Source: Octopus vulgaris (lineage: Eukaryota). Taken from it: a DNA stretch of 64,000 nt. Where the stretch lies: assembly GCA_951406725.2 (NCBI GenBank), contig OX597842.1:4712001-4776000 (forward strand), written 5' to 3'. The translations under genes were made by a program, and so were the position numbers. The notes beneath the pieces are model-generated. The model was not told where the DNA came from. It was given only the letters and a program-made list of their open reading frames with translations, and made no database searches. Shown here in pieces: positions 1-13,439 of the stretch (position 1 is its first letter; each line of letters begins with the position of its first letter).

Positions 1-837
1 TTGAAATCAAGAGGACTGATCCTGATGTCTACAACTCTTTCCTGCAATCAGACCTAGACACAATGCAGCAATGGATCACAGACTGGCAACTGAAACTGGC
101 TGTGGACAAGTGTACCACCATGCATTTTGGGAGAAAAAACCCTGCGTCCACATACTCCCTCCACAACACTGATATCAAGAAATCCTCTTGCGAGCGTGAC
201 CTAGGCATCACTGTCAGCAGTGATTTGCGTTGGACAAAGCATATCTCTAAAATTGTCAAGAAGGCCGAGGGTGTCTTGGCATCACTCAGCAAGACTTTTG
301 TTAGCCGCTCTCCAGCCATCTATTTAAAACTGTATACAGCTATGGTACGACCACACTTGGAATTCGCATCATCAGTTTGGAATCCCTATCTTGCTCAGAA
401 CATTGACCTCCTGGAATCTGTCCAGAGACGTGCAACCAAACGCATACCCTCCATTAGACACCTACCATATTCTGAGCGCCTTGTTTCCCTGGGCATGGAT
501 TCACTGAAGCTCCGGCGTCTAGCGACGGACTTGGTAAACACCCACAAGGTTATCAACCACCTCACCAACAACAACACTGAACACCTTTTTGATCTCCATG
601 TGTCTAACACACGTGGACATGCCTACAAAGTCAGAAAACAGCACAGCTCCCATGACTTTCAGAAACATTTTTTCACGCTCAGGGTTGCTGAAGCGTGGAA
701 TAAACTGCCTGCATCAGTTGTTGACTGCCATGACACTGCATCCTTTAAGGCCCTCATGCTTCCCGAAATCCGTCGAAACTACAACTGATTATATATACAC
801 TTTAGATGAGTTGTAGTGCACCTGAGCACTGTACACA

Positions 838-866
<29 letters not shown>
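1..866 (+). mobile_element. CR1/L2-group LINE 3' fragment (RT C-terminus, 3' UTR, (TTA)n tail)
   Basis: ORF 63-788 has ERDLGI, LYTAMVRPHLEFASSVWNP, LESVQRRATK, TRGH, FFTLRVAEAWNKLP; followed by (tta)n at about 838-866. Confidence 0.9.
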
Positions 867-872
<6 letters not shown>

Positions 873-1427
873 CATATATATATACACATATATATATCAT
901 ATATATATACACATATATGTATGTATATATAATATATATATCATATATATATACACATTTGGTGGGTGATAATAATTCACCATTCTAAAAGCCCTGTGGC
1001 AGGAATATTTAAACTTCAAAAGAGTGAAATGCATTTTCAATACAATATCATTATTTGCTATTTTATTCCTCTCCATTAAACACAGTTGCGGCTGTCAACA
1101 CTTTCTCCCTATAGATACAGAGAGAGAGAGAGAGAGGTGGTGAGAGAAAGAGCGACAGAGAGGGAAAGAGAGTGGAAGCTGTCAAATGCCATTATAGAGA
1201 AAAAGTGGAGGCAAGAGAGATATTGATGAAGAAAGGGTGATCTCCGAAAGGGAGAAATGACAAACATGCTTTCCAATGGAGCAAACTGAAACTTGCCATG
1301 CATACTTGCCAGGACGTTTCCCACACGTGTGTGAATTTTCAGCTCAATCTGACCACATCTACCTGCACATTTTGCCTGCACAACTGCATGTGAGAAAACA
1401 TCCGGCCTTTGCACAAATATATAATAG

Positions 1428-1650
1428 ACTAGCAGAGAAACCTGGCCTTGCTTAGGATTAAAATAGTTTATTCTCGTTTTACTGGTTTCAATATTATAAA
1501 CCCAATTTCATTCAGGTCAACGTGGCCACATTTTAAAAGATGAGGAATTTTGCCCTAGAGGCCACGCTTTTCAATTGAGCAAATTCGCCATGAACTTTTA
1601 ACATAGGTATGCAAATTTTCAGCTCAATCCAACCACATATGCACACATTA
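1428..1650 (-). mobile_element. Probable non-autonomous Helitron 3' end
   Basis: Minus strand ends ...gcaaggccaggtttctctgCTAG-t, similar to the Helitron 3' end at 26893. The motif aattttcagctcaatc is locally duplicated at about 1334 and 1613. Confidence 0.4.
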
Positions 1651-2076
1651 TATATATATATACATGCACATTAAATATATATATGTATCTATATACACAT
1701 TGGAGGGAAAATTTTGGAGGGAAAATTTACAGTTTCAATCGTCTACTTAGTTTTAACCTATGCTCACCTTCCCCCCACTATTTGATGACACCTGGTCAAA
1801 AGTGGAGGCTGGTGGCATTTGATAAATCTAACGAAGATGGTGCTGAATTAGGCAATTTCTCGCCTACGATCTAGAAACATGTTCATCATTAACGGTAAGG
1901 GATTGTTTTCATTCATTTACTACTCTGATTTTGCGTATGTGAATTGCAGGGTTATGTCGTATATGGAGCCCCCACTTGTAGAAAATGGAAATAAACAGTC
2001 TCTGACTGCTATTTCTAATTCTTTCAGTATGCGGCAGAGCAACCTGTTGCCTGCCCTTTTACTTATATACACAGAA

Positions 2077-3130
2077 TTGAGGGGCCTTAGAGTCAACCTA
2101 GCTAAAACCAAAGTACTAATAAGTAGGAAGGTAGACAATCCACAAATGTCTTCAGGAAGATGGCCCTGCTCAATCTGTAGAAAAGGTGTAGGTAGAAACT
2201 CTATAAGATGTACCCAGTGTAAGCTATGGAGACATAAGAGGTGCAGCAATGTCAAAGGAAGGCTAACTGGGAAGATAGTTTTTGTATGTGGCAGTTGCTC
2301 GGGAGCATTAACCTCTGAAAATTTGCAAAAAACAACTTCCATCACTTTCCAGGGGAAAAAACTAGAAGTAGTTGATAGCTTCCGTTATCTTGGTGACCAA
2401 GTCAGTAGTGGGGGTGGGTGTGCTGAAAGTGTAACGGCTAGAGTAAGAATAGCCTGGGCAAAGTTTAGGGAGCTCTTACCTCTGCTGGTGACTAAAGGCC
2501 TCTCGCTCAGAGTAAAAGGCAGACTGTATGATGCATGTGTACGAACAGCCATGCTACATGGCAGTGAAACATGGGCCGTGACTGCTGAGGACATGCGTAA
2601 GCTCGCGAGAAATGAAGCCAGTATGATCCGATGGATGTGTAATGTCAGTGTGCATGCTCAACAGAGCGTTAGTACCCTGAGAGAAATGTTGGACTTAAGG
2701 AGCATCAGTTGTGGTGTGCAAGAGAGACGATTGCCCTGGTATGGTCATGTGGCGAGAATGGATGAAGATAGGTGTGTGAAAAAGTGCCAATCCCTAGCAG
2801 TGGGGGGAACCCATGGAAGAGGTAGACCCAGGAAAACTCGGGACGAGGTGGTGAAGCACGACCTTCGAACTTTAGGTCTCCCTGAGGAAATGACCTGCGA
2901 CCGAGACCTTTGGAAATATGCTGTGCGTGAAAAGACCAGGCAGGACAAGTGAGTCCAGCCCACTTATGCATGCTTTTCCTCCCTTGGACACACAAAGACC
3001 TGTTGAGGCAAGCGAAGTCGATATCGAACCTCATCCGACGACAGGCACCTATGCCTACCCGCCTTTGCTTGCGAAGACCTGTTGGGGCAAGTGAAATCGA
3101 AATCGAAATCGGAATCGAAATTGAACCAAT
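2077..3130 (+). mobile_element. RTE-clade LINE fragment (RT C-terminal part with Cys-rich insert)
   Basis: GLRVNLAKTK...FRYLG...LYDACVRTAMLHGSETW...WYGHVARM...RGRPRKT; same family as 46482-48020. Confidence 0.9.
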
Positions 3131-3284
3131 TGAACCAACTGGTTATTTTTTAAGTGACATTGTAGGGAATGTGTGAGTGGCCAGGTGTGGCCAGTTTTAA
3201 CATAAGAGAGAAAATATGATCCAGATATGGCTGGGTTAAATGCTAAAGGGTTGAATAAAGTGAGAAGGGATACAATATAATTAC

Positions 3285-3385
3285 CTGGTCTGGAAGCGGA
3301 CAGCAACAAGTCTCTGCTTGAAGAAAACCTTCACACCATCTACGTTGGTCTTGCGTACATAGATATGGATTATAAAGGTCTCATT
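3285..3385 (-). CDS. USP19: USP19-like exon 6, CS domain 2 (gene continues beyond window start)
   Basis: ctctatttcag|AAT GAG ACC...ACC AG|gtaatt; 101 nt, phase 0-2. NETFIIHIYVRKTNVDGVKVFFKQRLVAVRFQT resembles human USP19 DSVVVHVYVKEICRDTSRVLFREQDFTLIFQT (recalled). Two tandem N-terminal CS domains are the USP19 architecture. Confidence 0.88.
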
Positions 3386-4565
3386 CTGAAATAGAGGTGG
3401 GGATGAGTTAGAAGGGGGTGGTGTTGGTGGTGGGGATGTTGTAGCATTCAAGTATGGTGATGGTGGTAGTGGCAGCAGTGACAATGGTCATGGTGTGGTA
3501 GCTGATGGTAGTGATGATGATGGCAATAATGATAGTGGTTGGTTGGTGATGGTAGCGATGATAGTAAGGATGTGATTTCTAACAATGGATTGTGAAGATG
3601 GTGATGATGGTTAATAGTTGCTATGACAACGATTGCAAAGATAACAATGGTGATAGTAAGGCAGTGAACTGGCTGAATTGTTAGCACACTGGGTGAAATG
3701 CTTAATGGTATTTCATCCACCCTTACATTCGGAGTTCAAACTCTGTCACGGTCAACTTTGTCATTCATCCATTTGGGGTCAATAAAATAAGTACCAGTTG
3801 AGTACAGGGGTCGATATAATCAACTTAATCCTCCTCTGAAATTGCAGGCCTTGTGCCAAACTTTCAAATTGATATTAATATCAATAGTTTCAGATTTCTG
3901 GCACAGGGCCACCAGTTTTTGAGGGAAAGGAGGGGTTAATTATATGGACTCTAGTACTTGACTGGTACTGATTTTATCAACTCAAAAGGATGAAAGGCAA
4001 AGTTGATTTCAACAGATTTTCACTCGGACTGTAAAGACAGATGGAATATCACTGAGCATCTTGCATGGCATTTTACCCATCTTTACATTCTGAGTTCAAA
4101 TTCCACTAAAGGTTTTAAATTTTAGCACAAGGCCAGCAATTTCAGGGGAGGGGCTAAGTTGATTACATTGACACCAGTATTCAACTGGTACTTATTTTAT
4201 CAACCCTGAAAGGATGAAAAGCAAAGTCAACCTTGCCAGAATTTGAACTCAGAACATAAAGATGGACGAAATGCCTCAAAGTATTTCGCCCACTGTGTTA
4301 ACGATTCTGCCAGCTCACCACCTTAGATCAATTAATAATAAAAGCATGGATAATAATAGCTTCAAATTTCAGCACAAGGTCAGCAATGAGGGGAGTGAGT
4401 TGATTACATTAAACCCAGTGCTCAGCTGGTACTTATTTCATTGGCCCAAAGTGGATGAAAGGCAAAGTCAACCTTGGTGGAATTTGAACTCAGAATGTAA
4501 AGAGCCTGAAGAGATGCTGGTGAGCCTTTTGCTTGTTGCCCTAACAACAAGGATAGCTTGCTGCC

Positions 4566-5560
4566 TTAACTCTTCAACTGCAAAATTAAATTTCATGGGT
4601 ATTGCAGTAATGATGTTAAATATCTACCAAAAAGTATTACTGGTATTTTCTCTAAATCACATTACCTCAATAAACTTGACATTTCTCTATAGAAAATAGT
4701 TTCAAACATGACATTCTTCAACAAAAGACAAATTGATAGATAAAACTGCTTTCCAAAGTTAAGGGTAAATGAAATTTGGAGTGAATATATCTGATTCTGT
4801 AGTAAAAGATTAATTGCATTAAACAATGTAGTTAGAAATAGCAGCCAAATCTCCCTCACTTTAGAAATTACTGTCTTAACCCTTTCCTGGTGAAATTAAA
4901 TTCCATGGTTATTCCAGTCAAGATGTTAAATATATGCCCAGAAAAATAGAATTGGTATTTTCTGCAAGTCATGTTACATCAATAAACTTGAAATATCTCA
5001 ACAGAAAATAGCCCCAAACATGACATGCCTCCATAAAATATCTTTGTGGTTTATTAAGCTAGTTTTTGGAACTTAAATTAACATGAAATTTTGATGGAAG
5101 TTTTTAGCCTTTTAACTGTGAAATTCAATTTCATGGTTATTCTAGAAATGATGTTAAATATCTACCAAAAAATGTCATATTGCCTCAATAAACTTGACAT
5201 ATCTCAACAGAAGTTGTTCCAAACATGACATTCTTCAACTTAAGATAGATTGGTATAACTGCTTTCTGTATAAGGCAGCGAGCTGGCAGAAAAGTTAGCA
5301 CGCCAGGCGAAATGCGTAGCCGTATTTCGTCTGCCGCTACGCTCTGAGTTCAAATTCCACCGAGGTCGACTTTGCCTTTCATCCTTTCGGGGTCGATTAA
5401 ATAAGTACCAGTTACGCACTAGGGTCGATATAATCGACTTAATCCGTTTGTCCCCTCTGTGTTTAGCCCCTTGTGGGTAGTAAAGAAATAGGTATAACTG
5501 CTTTCTGAAGTTAAGAGTAATGAAAATGTGGAGTTGATATATCTGATTTCCACAGTAAAA
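4566..5560 (+). repeat. Three diverged direct copies of an approximately 160-250 bp AT-rich unit
   Basis: Shared blocks ttcatgg(g/t)tatt...gatgttaaatat...tcaataaacttga...aaacatgacat begin at about 4566, 4876 and 5108; the third copy is split by a SINE. Confidence 0.7.
5269..5490 (+). mobile_element. Full-length tRNA-derived SINE (family A) with 17-bp target-site duplication
   Basis: Head aaggcagcgagctggcag, B-box-like gagttcaaattcc, core gcctttcatcctttcggggtcg. Flanked by ggtataactgctttctg at 5252-5268 and 5491-5507. Confidence 0.85.
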
Positions 5561-6439
5561 TGGCGAATGACGTGGATGAATAATGACAATTGCCATGAAA
5601 ATGGTAATGATGGTGGTGAAGCTGAGAATAATGATGATTTCAAATTTTGACACAAAACCAGCCAAGTTCAGAGGAGGGGTTAAGTCAAATATATTGAACC
5701 CGGTGATCAACTGGCATTCATTTTATCAACCCTGAAAGAATAAAAAGCAAAGCTGACCTCGGCAGAATCTGAACTCGGAACATAAAGACAAATGAAATGC
5801 TGATAACCATTTTGCCTAGCATGCTAACAATTCTGCCAGCTCTCCACCATTTGCTGTCTATTAATAATGATTTCAAATTTTGGCACAAGGCCAGCACTTT
5901 TGGGGGAAAGGTGTAAGTCAATTACATCAACCCCAGTGTTCAACTAATACTTATTTTATCGACCTTGAAAGGATGAAAGGCAAAGTTGATCTCAACAGAA
6001 TTTGAACTCAGAACATAAAGATGGATGGAATGCCACAAAGCATTTTGCCTTGTGTGATAAGTTCTGCCAGCTCACAGCCTTATATTAATAAATAATAATG
6101 GCTTCAAATTTTGGCATAAGGCCAGTTAAGTTTGGAGGAGATGTAAGTTGATTACATTGACCTCAGTGTCAAATAGGTACTTACTGACACTGGAAGGACG
6201 ATATGCAAAGTCAGCCTCATTGGAATTTGAACTCAGAATGTAAAGACTAAAGAAATGCCATCATGCATTTTGTCTGGCATGCTAATAATTCTGCTTGCTT
6301 GCTGCCTAAGGAATTAGGAATAATAATAACAGCAATTACGATGAACATGGCAATAGTGATGATGGTGGTGCTAGTGATGATGTAAATGCTGAAAGCAACA
6401 ACTGTGAAGATAGTGAGAGTGATGAGGATAGAACTTAAC

Positions 6440-6510
6440 CTTTTCTATCCAGTCATGTTTTGTGTGCTGCAACTGATAACAGGACGACTCTAAGGGATGC
6501 ATTTCCGTCC
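6440..6510 (-). CDS. USP19: USP19-like exon 5, start of CS domain 2
   Basis: gttgtttcag|GG ACG GAA ATG...GAA AAG|gttaag; 71 nt, phase 1-0. Encodes ...QHTKHDWIEK, comparable to VKNDSYEK at the start of human USP19 CS2 (recalled, not aligned). Confidence 0.8.
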
Positions 6511-7000
6511 CTGAAACAACAAAAATTATACAGCAATTAGAGGTACACAAAGAAGTGACAATTAAAATACAGGTATATTTTATATGATTAATAATAGGCA
6601 CAGGTGTGGCTAATAAGTTTGCTTCCCAAGCACATGGCTCCAGGTTCAGTCCCACCTAGGGTAAATGTTTACTATTATAGCCTCAGGATGATCAAAGCCT
6701 AGCGAGTGGATTTGGTAGATGGAAAGAAGCCTGTCATATATGTATGTGTCCATGTCCACCACCACTGCTTGACAACTGGTGTTGGTTTGTTTACATCCCC
6801 GTAACATAGCAGTTCAGCGAAAAAATACTGATACAACAAGTACCAGCCTTTAAGACCAAAAACATTTTCATGGCAGTGCCACAGTCTAATAACCAAAACT
6901 AGCAAAAGATAAAAGTGTGTGTGTGTGTATAAATATATATATACACACACATATCATCATCATCGTTTAACGTCCGATGATGATGATGATGATGATGATG

Positions 7001-7035
<35 letters not shown>

Positions 7036-7041
7036 CATACA

Positions 7042-7101
<60 letters not shown>

Positions 7102-7803
7102 CTATATACAATGTATACATATATCTATATATAATGTATACATATATATATATACAACAGGTTTCTTTCAGTTTCTGCTTACCAAATTCTCTCACAAGGC
7201 TTTGGTTGGCCCAAGGCTGTAGTAGAAGAAACAGTGAGATGGAACCAAGAACCCTTTGGTTTGGAACCAAACTTCTTACCACACAACCACGCCTACAACT
7301 CTCACTAGTTTAGTTTGGAGATATTGAATGTGTCATTTATATCCTATAAAACTTGCTGTTATAATATTTAAACAACAATTAATAAATTTGTTGAAGTATT
7401 TAAAGCTTTGTCAGGCTGAAATTAATTAATTATAGGCACACTAATTAGTGATGATTATAATATAGATGTGTTTGATATAGATGAGGTTGTTAAATGCAAA
7501 TGGAGGGATAAGAATGTGTATTTGTGTATGTATGCATCTATGTGTACATGTGTGGGGATGTGTGTATACATCTATGTGTCTGCACACATCTGTGTAAGAG
7601 TACATGCCTATATGTGTGTATGTGTCTGTACACATCTGTGTATGTGTATGTATACATCTATATGTGTGTTTTTATGTATACATCTATATGTGTGTTTTTA
7701 TGTATACATCTATATGTGTGTCTATGCATGCATGCATGTGTGTACATGCGTGTGTATACATCAGTGTGTGTACATGTGCATGAGAGCCATACACACAACT
7801 TAC

Positions 7804-7918
7804 CTGAGTCATTCCAGCTGTTGTCATTCTCGTTACTGACCAATTGTTCTAGAACATTATCGGTCATGACATTGTCCATTGAGTCAGCTGCCTGGTTGTG
7901 GTCATCACTAATGTCAGC
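7804..7918 (-). CDS. USP19: USP19-like exon 4, acidic linker
   Basis: gtccccttgcag|GCT GAC ATT...TCA G|gtaagt; 115 nt, phase 0-1, consistent with both neighbouring exons. Confidence 0.8.
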
Positions 7919-9987
7919 CTGCAAGGGGACAGAAAAAAAGGGTTGAGATGATTCATTAAAGTGGGAGGAGGGACAACAATAAACAGAAATGGGAGAAAAC
8001 CATAGAGTGAAGAAGTCTGCTTCGTAACCATGTGGTTCCAGGTTCAATTTCACAGTACAGCACCTTTGGTCAGTGTTTTGTACCACAGCCACAAGTTGAC
8101 CAAACTTTTCGAGTGGAATTTGGACAGAGATAGGTGTAGGCATGGCTGTGTAGTGGAGGATAAACACACATCATCATCATTTAATGTCCATTTCTCATGC
8201 TGGCATGTGTTGGACAGTTTGACCCAAAACTGGTAAGCTGGGGAGCTGCACCAGGCTCCAGTCTGATTTGGCCCGATTTCTACAGCTGAATGCCCTTCCT
8301 AACACCAATCACTCCAAGAGTGTAGCCGGTGCTTTTTACATACCTCTGGTATGGGTACCAGTTTCAAAACACTGGCATTGGTCACAACTACAATCTCACT
8401 TGGCTTTACAGGTCTTCTCAAGCACAGTATATTGCCAAAGGTCTCAGCCACTTGTCATTACCTCCATGAGGCCCAAAGTTCAAAGAGTACTTTTTATGTA
8501 CCACCAGCATGGGTGCCAGTGTAGGAAGTTAGTAAGCTTCCAGCAGTCCATGCAAGATACAAGAAACAACTTTCGGGAACAAAAGTGGTTTATTAATGTA
8601 GAAGGTTGTAAACTTTCTCCCATATTGAAATTCAATAAGCTGGAAAAAGTTATGTTATAGTTCATGGTTAGCAGCTGGAGTTGCTGTGTATGCGAATAAA
8701 AATCCAAAATTAGGGGATGGAGTGGATAAAATCCAGGCTACAAATGTTTCATAGCTAGCAGGACCTTGGAAGTAGTAATTGCCCAAACGAGGGGTACTCT
8801 GCTAACTACTTGTTAGGCCAAAGATACCTTAATCAAATGAAGCTTACATTATCGTCAAGAGATCCCATCTTAACTCACAGGAGATTTTATCAAAAATGCA
8901 GCCCAACGAGTAACTAGCAAATTACCCCTCGTTTGGGTAATTACTACTTCTGAGGTTCTACTAGTAATGAAACATAAGTAGCCTGGATTTTATCTACTCC
9001 ATTCCCTTGGTCGGGTAACCATGTACCTTCTCCACAGCAAAACACTTCATCATCTGACACAAGATCACCTCGTCCCAATACCCCCTCCCCTCTCAAAGGA
9101 TCTTTGTCTTGCAAGTTACTTGGTGACCCGACCAATGCTGATGTCATGTAAAAAGCATCCAGTCCACACTGTAAAGTGGTTGGCATTTGGGAAGGCATCC
9201 AGCTATAAAAACCTTGCCAAAACTGACCTTTACTGTGCCATGTAAAAAGCACTCTGTTATTCTGCTGGGTGGTTGGTGTTAGGAAGGGCATCCAGCCATA
9301 AAAACCCTGCCAAAACAGACAGAAGACTGGTGCAGGCTCTTGCCTGGTCAGCTCCTGTCAAACCATCCAACTCATGCCAGCATGGAAGGTGGACATCGAA
9401 TGATGATGATATATATATCATAGCTAGCAGCACCTCATGTATGTATACACAATGGCCGTCTTTCAGTTTCTGTCCACCAAATCAACTCACAAGTCTTTGG
9501 TTAGCCTGGAGCTATATTAGAAAGCACTTGCCCAAGGTGCCACAAGCAAACTTCTTACCATGCAACCACACCTGCACCTGTGTGTGTGTGTGTGTGTGTT
9601 ACTGTCTCCTGGCCTGGACTTGGCGTGATGGGCATAAACAAGTGTCGCTGTCATGGAAGCTGATTATTTCCAATCCTCAGTGCAAACACATCTGATCATG
9701 GAAAATATTACCTTACCTGGAATCAGGTGAGGGTTGGTATCAAGAAGGGCATCTGGTCACAGGGGAAAAAATGTCTCAACAATTTCCAACCAATCAAACG
9801 AAAGCATTGAAAAGTGGACATTAAAATGACAATGATGATGACTGCAGAGGTGAGGAATAAGTCCAAGGTAAGCAACAATAAGACAGACAGGAGGGGGGGA
9901 GGTCAACAACAGAGAAGGGTCAGTAATAGCAAGAGAGGTCAAGCATTGATGAGAAACATGATGAAATAGAGAAGAGTAGTGACCAAC

Positions 9988-10121
9988 CTCCAGGGAGGTC
10001 CAATGGCTGTGAACCTTCTTTCTCACTGTCAGAACCATTGAAGTAGAAGAGTCGGCCAGTTCCATCTTGCAATTGTTGGAGTCTATCTCACTGTTGAATG
10101 TCAGACCCCACACTGTACCAT
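9988..10121 (-). CDS. USP19: USP19-like exon 3, second half of CS domain 1
   Basis: tttattccag|AT GGT ACA...CTG GAG|gttggt; 134 nt, phase 1-0. Encodes DGTVWGLTFNSEIDSNNCKMEL...LTVRKKVHSHWTSLE, with the CS C-terminal L.K....W..L motif. Confidence 0.85.
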
Positions 10122-10169
10122 CTGGAATAAATAAGTAAATTAATGATGAAGATGATGATGAGACAATAA

Positions 10170-11060
10170 AAGCTGTAAAACAACTAAAATTGGAACAGCA
10201 AAAGATCATGATAAAACAATGGCAAGGAAAGCCGCTTTATGGTAAATACTGGGTTAAACTAAGCAGAAAAGAAATAGACAAAGCAAAATCCCAACAATGG
10301 CTCAGGACTCAAAGCAGAGACTGAAGGATTTTTAATTACAGCACAAGACCAAAGCCTTCTCACCACAAATTACCAAAAACATGCAATGAAAAGAAATACA
10401 AGTAACTGCTGAATATGGGGAGATGGAGAAGAAACAATAAATCAGACTGTCTCTGGCTGCCCAGCCCTAGCTAAGAAGGAATATATTCACAGACACAGCA
10501 GAGTTGGGACTTACATACACTGGAAACTATGCCAACACTATGGAATAACAACAGAAAAAAGATGTTATAGGCACATGCCAGAAAAGGTCACAGAAAATGC
10601 GAAAGCAACCATACTCTGGGATATGCCAATACACACAGATAGAGAAATTAAGGCCAATAGGCCGGATATAGTTGTCAGAGATCACCAAGAAAAAAAATGC
10701 TTTCTAATTAATGTATCAATACCAGCAGATAACAATGTTTCTCTAAAAGAAACGGAGAAACTTTCAAAATAGAAATAGTCTGGAGATAGAGGTAGCTCAA
10801 AAGTGGAGTGTAAAAACAGAATGAATTCCTATCATAGTATTCAAACAAATACATAACAAAAACACCAGGACTAACAAGTATTTATAACATACAGAGAAAA
10901 GTATTACTAGACATCGCACACATCCTACGTAAAACACTTTCAATACAGTAAAAATAAAAGCATCACAACAAACAACAGCACACATCCAAGGAACACAGAG
11001 CTGCGCTCGGTAGAGCAGTGAAAGCACGTAATAAAAATAAGACTAGTGCATAATAATAAC
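10170..11060 (+). mobile_element. R4/Dong-like non-LTR retrotransposon 3' fragment (restriction-like endonuclease region), decayed
   Basis: Degenerate AQDQ.L, CCHC remnant (SGCP.LAKKEYIHRH), ILWDMPIHTDREIKANRPDIVV; stops and frameshifts present. Confidence 0.8.
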
Positions 11061-11449
11061 GACAATCATGATGATATCCTAGTGAAAACAGGATCTAAGA
11101 AAAATTAACAACTATGATGAACTGAAGTATACATGGTATACATTAAAAGAAGGGAAGTATACATAGTATACGATAGTAACAGAGAGAAAATAAATGGTAA
11201 TAGTGATGGGGTTCCCCTGATTAGTGGCAGGGAAGTGCAATGACATCCTCAGGGAAACTTTGGGCATTGACAGAAACAAACTGGTTAGTCTGTTCCAGAG
11301 GACTTTTTAGTCAGGGACTACTATGGATAATTTCCAGATGTCCTTGGCTTTGCAGTGCTACTGGTTTGAGATGACTCTATAGGCACGGATGTGCTGTCAG
11401 ATGGGCATAATCACGGAACCCCACCATCCAAGATCTTCCTGAAAACCAA

Positions 11450-12610
11450 TGACAAGTGCCCTCTCCGACTCACAGGTCTACACTTAGAGCAATACCATCC
11501 ACTCTTGCCATACTGGCAACTTTTACCCACCTTTCAATAAATTCACTTGAGGAGAGCACCCCCACTCTCCAATCTCACTTTCCTTTACAAGTAAAACTTG
11601 AAAACGTCAATGAAGGCTCTACCAAAGAGGAAAGTCTCTGTCCTCATTCCTTTCAGCTTTGCCCACCAGACAACCTCTTTTGCCACAGCAAAGGAAAACT
11701 GCCTTGCCTACCAGATTAAAGGAGAGCAGTAGGGTAACCATCACTATGGGCTTGACTGACAGATGGATCCATCCCACATTTTACTTCTCAGAGCTCTCAA
11801 TCTTACTTGCTTCAGTTAATTTTGTGAGAGTGGACAGCAACAAGATGGATCTGTCCTACAATGCCCAGTCATTGAACAAGTGCATGCAGAATGCACCTTG
11901 GACAAGCCCGTCTGACAGTACATCCATGTCTATAGAGTTCATCTCAAACCAGTAGCACAGCAAAGCCAAGGACATCTGGAAATTATCCATAGTAGTCCCT
12001 GACTAAAAAGTCCTCTGGAACAGACTAACCAGTTTGTTTCCGTCAATGCCCAGTTTCCCTGAGGATGTCATTGCACTTCCCTGCCACTAGTCTTCTATAT
12101 ATAGCTAAAGTGGAAAACTGATTCTATTGCCTGACAATCCTTTGCCTCAGAGAAATGGTCAAGAGCCAATCTCACTGCTAACACATCAGTCACAATGCCT
12201 TTACTGATCACCCCTTCTAGTTTGCTAACTAGTTCTACCTCTAATCTATTTCTTTCTATTGCTCTTTGCTAAACAATATCAATTCTGTTCTAATCGCCCT
12301 CTTCATGGCAATCCACAACTGGTTGTTGAAAATTGCCCCTGCCAACTTCCACTTAACTAGTTTGCTAATCCAGTCGCTGTAGTCTTCGATTGCCAGAAAG
12401 GACATGTTCAGTTTCCAGTAACCAAGTCCCTGTGTCTATGAGTCCTATCTAAATCAACTATGTAGATCACAAATTTGTGGTCTGTGTAGCCAACCAATTT
12501 GAATTGTGGACACTCTCTGCAGACCTAACAAATACTCTATCTAAATACAGTCTGGATGACCTGTTGTGGTTGCTCCATGTCTACACTGGCACATCAGGGA
12601 AATCCAGTCA
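11450..12610 (-). mobile_element. Decayed Tx1/L1-like LINE pieces
   Basis: Minus strand reads GLGYWKLN at about 12407-12430, a motif typical just after the Tx1/L1 endonuclease. A C-terminal-like AKEVVWWAKLKG segment lies near 11660-11690. Confidence 0.5.
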
Positions 12611-12998
12611 ATTCTTTACTACCCACAAGGGGCTAAACACAGGGGAGACAAACAAGGACAGACAAACAGATTAAGTCGATTACATCGACCCCAGTGCATA
12701 ACTGGTACTTATTTAATCGACCCCAAAAGGATGAAAGGCAAAGTCGACCTCGGCGGAATTTAAACTCAACGTAACGGCAGATGAAATACGGCTACGCATT
12801 TCACCTGACTTGCTAACATTTCTGCCAGTTCACTGCCTTCATCCAGTCAATACCTATCAGACAGCTGGAAGTTTCTGAGCAGGTTTTCGAGGCTTTTACA
12901 CCCACTTCTTCTATGTACAAGACCCATACCACATGTCCAAAATATGATTCCAGTCCCCCACTAGTACTAAAGCAGATGTTTCCAAACATGTTTCTAGG

Positions 12999-13158
12999 CG
13001 TAGGAGTGGCTGTGTGGTAAGTAGCTTGCTTACGAACCACATGGTTCCGGGTTCAGTCCCACTGTGTGGCACCTTGGGTAAGTGTCTTCTACTATAGCCT
13101 TGGGCCAACCAAAGCCTTATGAGTGGATTTGGTAGACAGAAACTGAAAGAAGCCCATC

Positions 13159-13204
<46 letters not shown>

Positions 13205-13400
13205 ATGTTTGTGTGTTTGTCCCCACCAACATCGCTTGACAACCGATGCTGGTGTGTTTACATCCCCGTAACCTAGTGGTTTGGCAAAAGAGACCGATAG
13301 AATAAGTACTAGGCTTACAAAGAATAAGTCCCAGGGTTGATTTGCTTGACTAAAGTTGGTGCTCCAGCATGGCCACAGTCAAATGACTGAAAGTAAAAAG
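12999..13400 (+). mobile_element. tRNA-derived SINE family B
   Basis: ggagtggctgtgtggtaag (A-box) ... ggttcagtccc (B-box) ... internal (TA)n ... ccagcatggccacagtc...gactgaaa tail. Other copies at about 6595, 15933, 18325, 49680(-), 53480(-), 53900(-), 57860(-), 61230 and 62597. Confidence 0.85.
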
Positions 13401-13439
13401 AGTAAGCCTGAAGAAATCTGGCCTTCTGACCCCTGTTGG

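Larger units (their letters stand above)
3655..6310. repeat. Cluster of at least seven family-A SINE copies in both orientations
   Basis: The core aaggatgaaaggcaaagtcgacc...gaatttgaactcagaac (or its complement) recurs at about 3660(+), 3990(-), 4210(-), 4450(-), 5270(+), 5740(-), 5970(-), 6200(-). Further copies at about 12615, 14540, 15290, 15520, 58660, 60135 and 63375. Confidence 0.85.
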
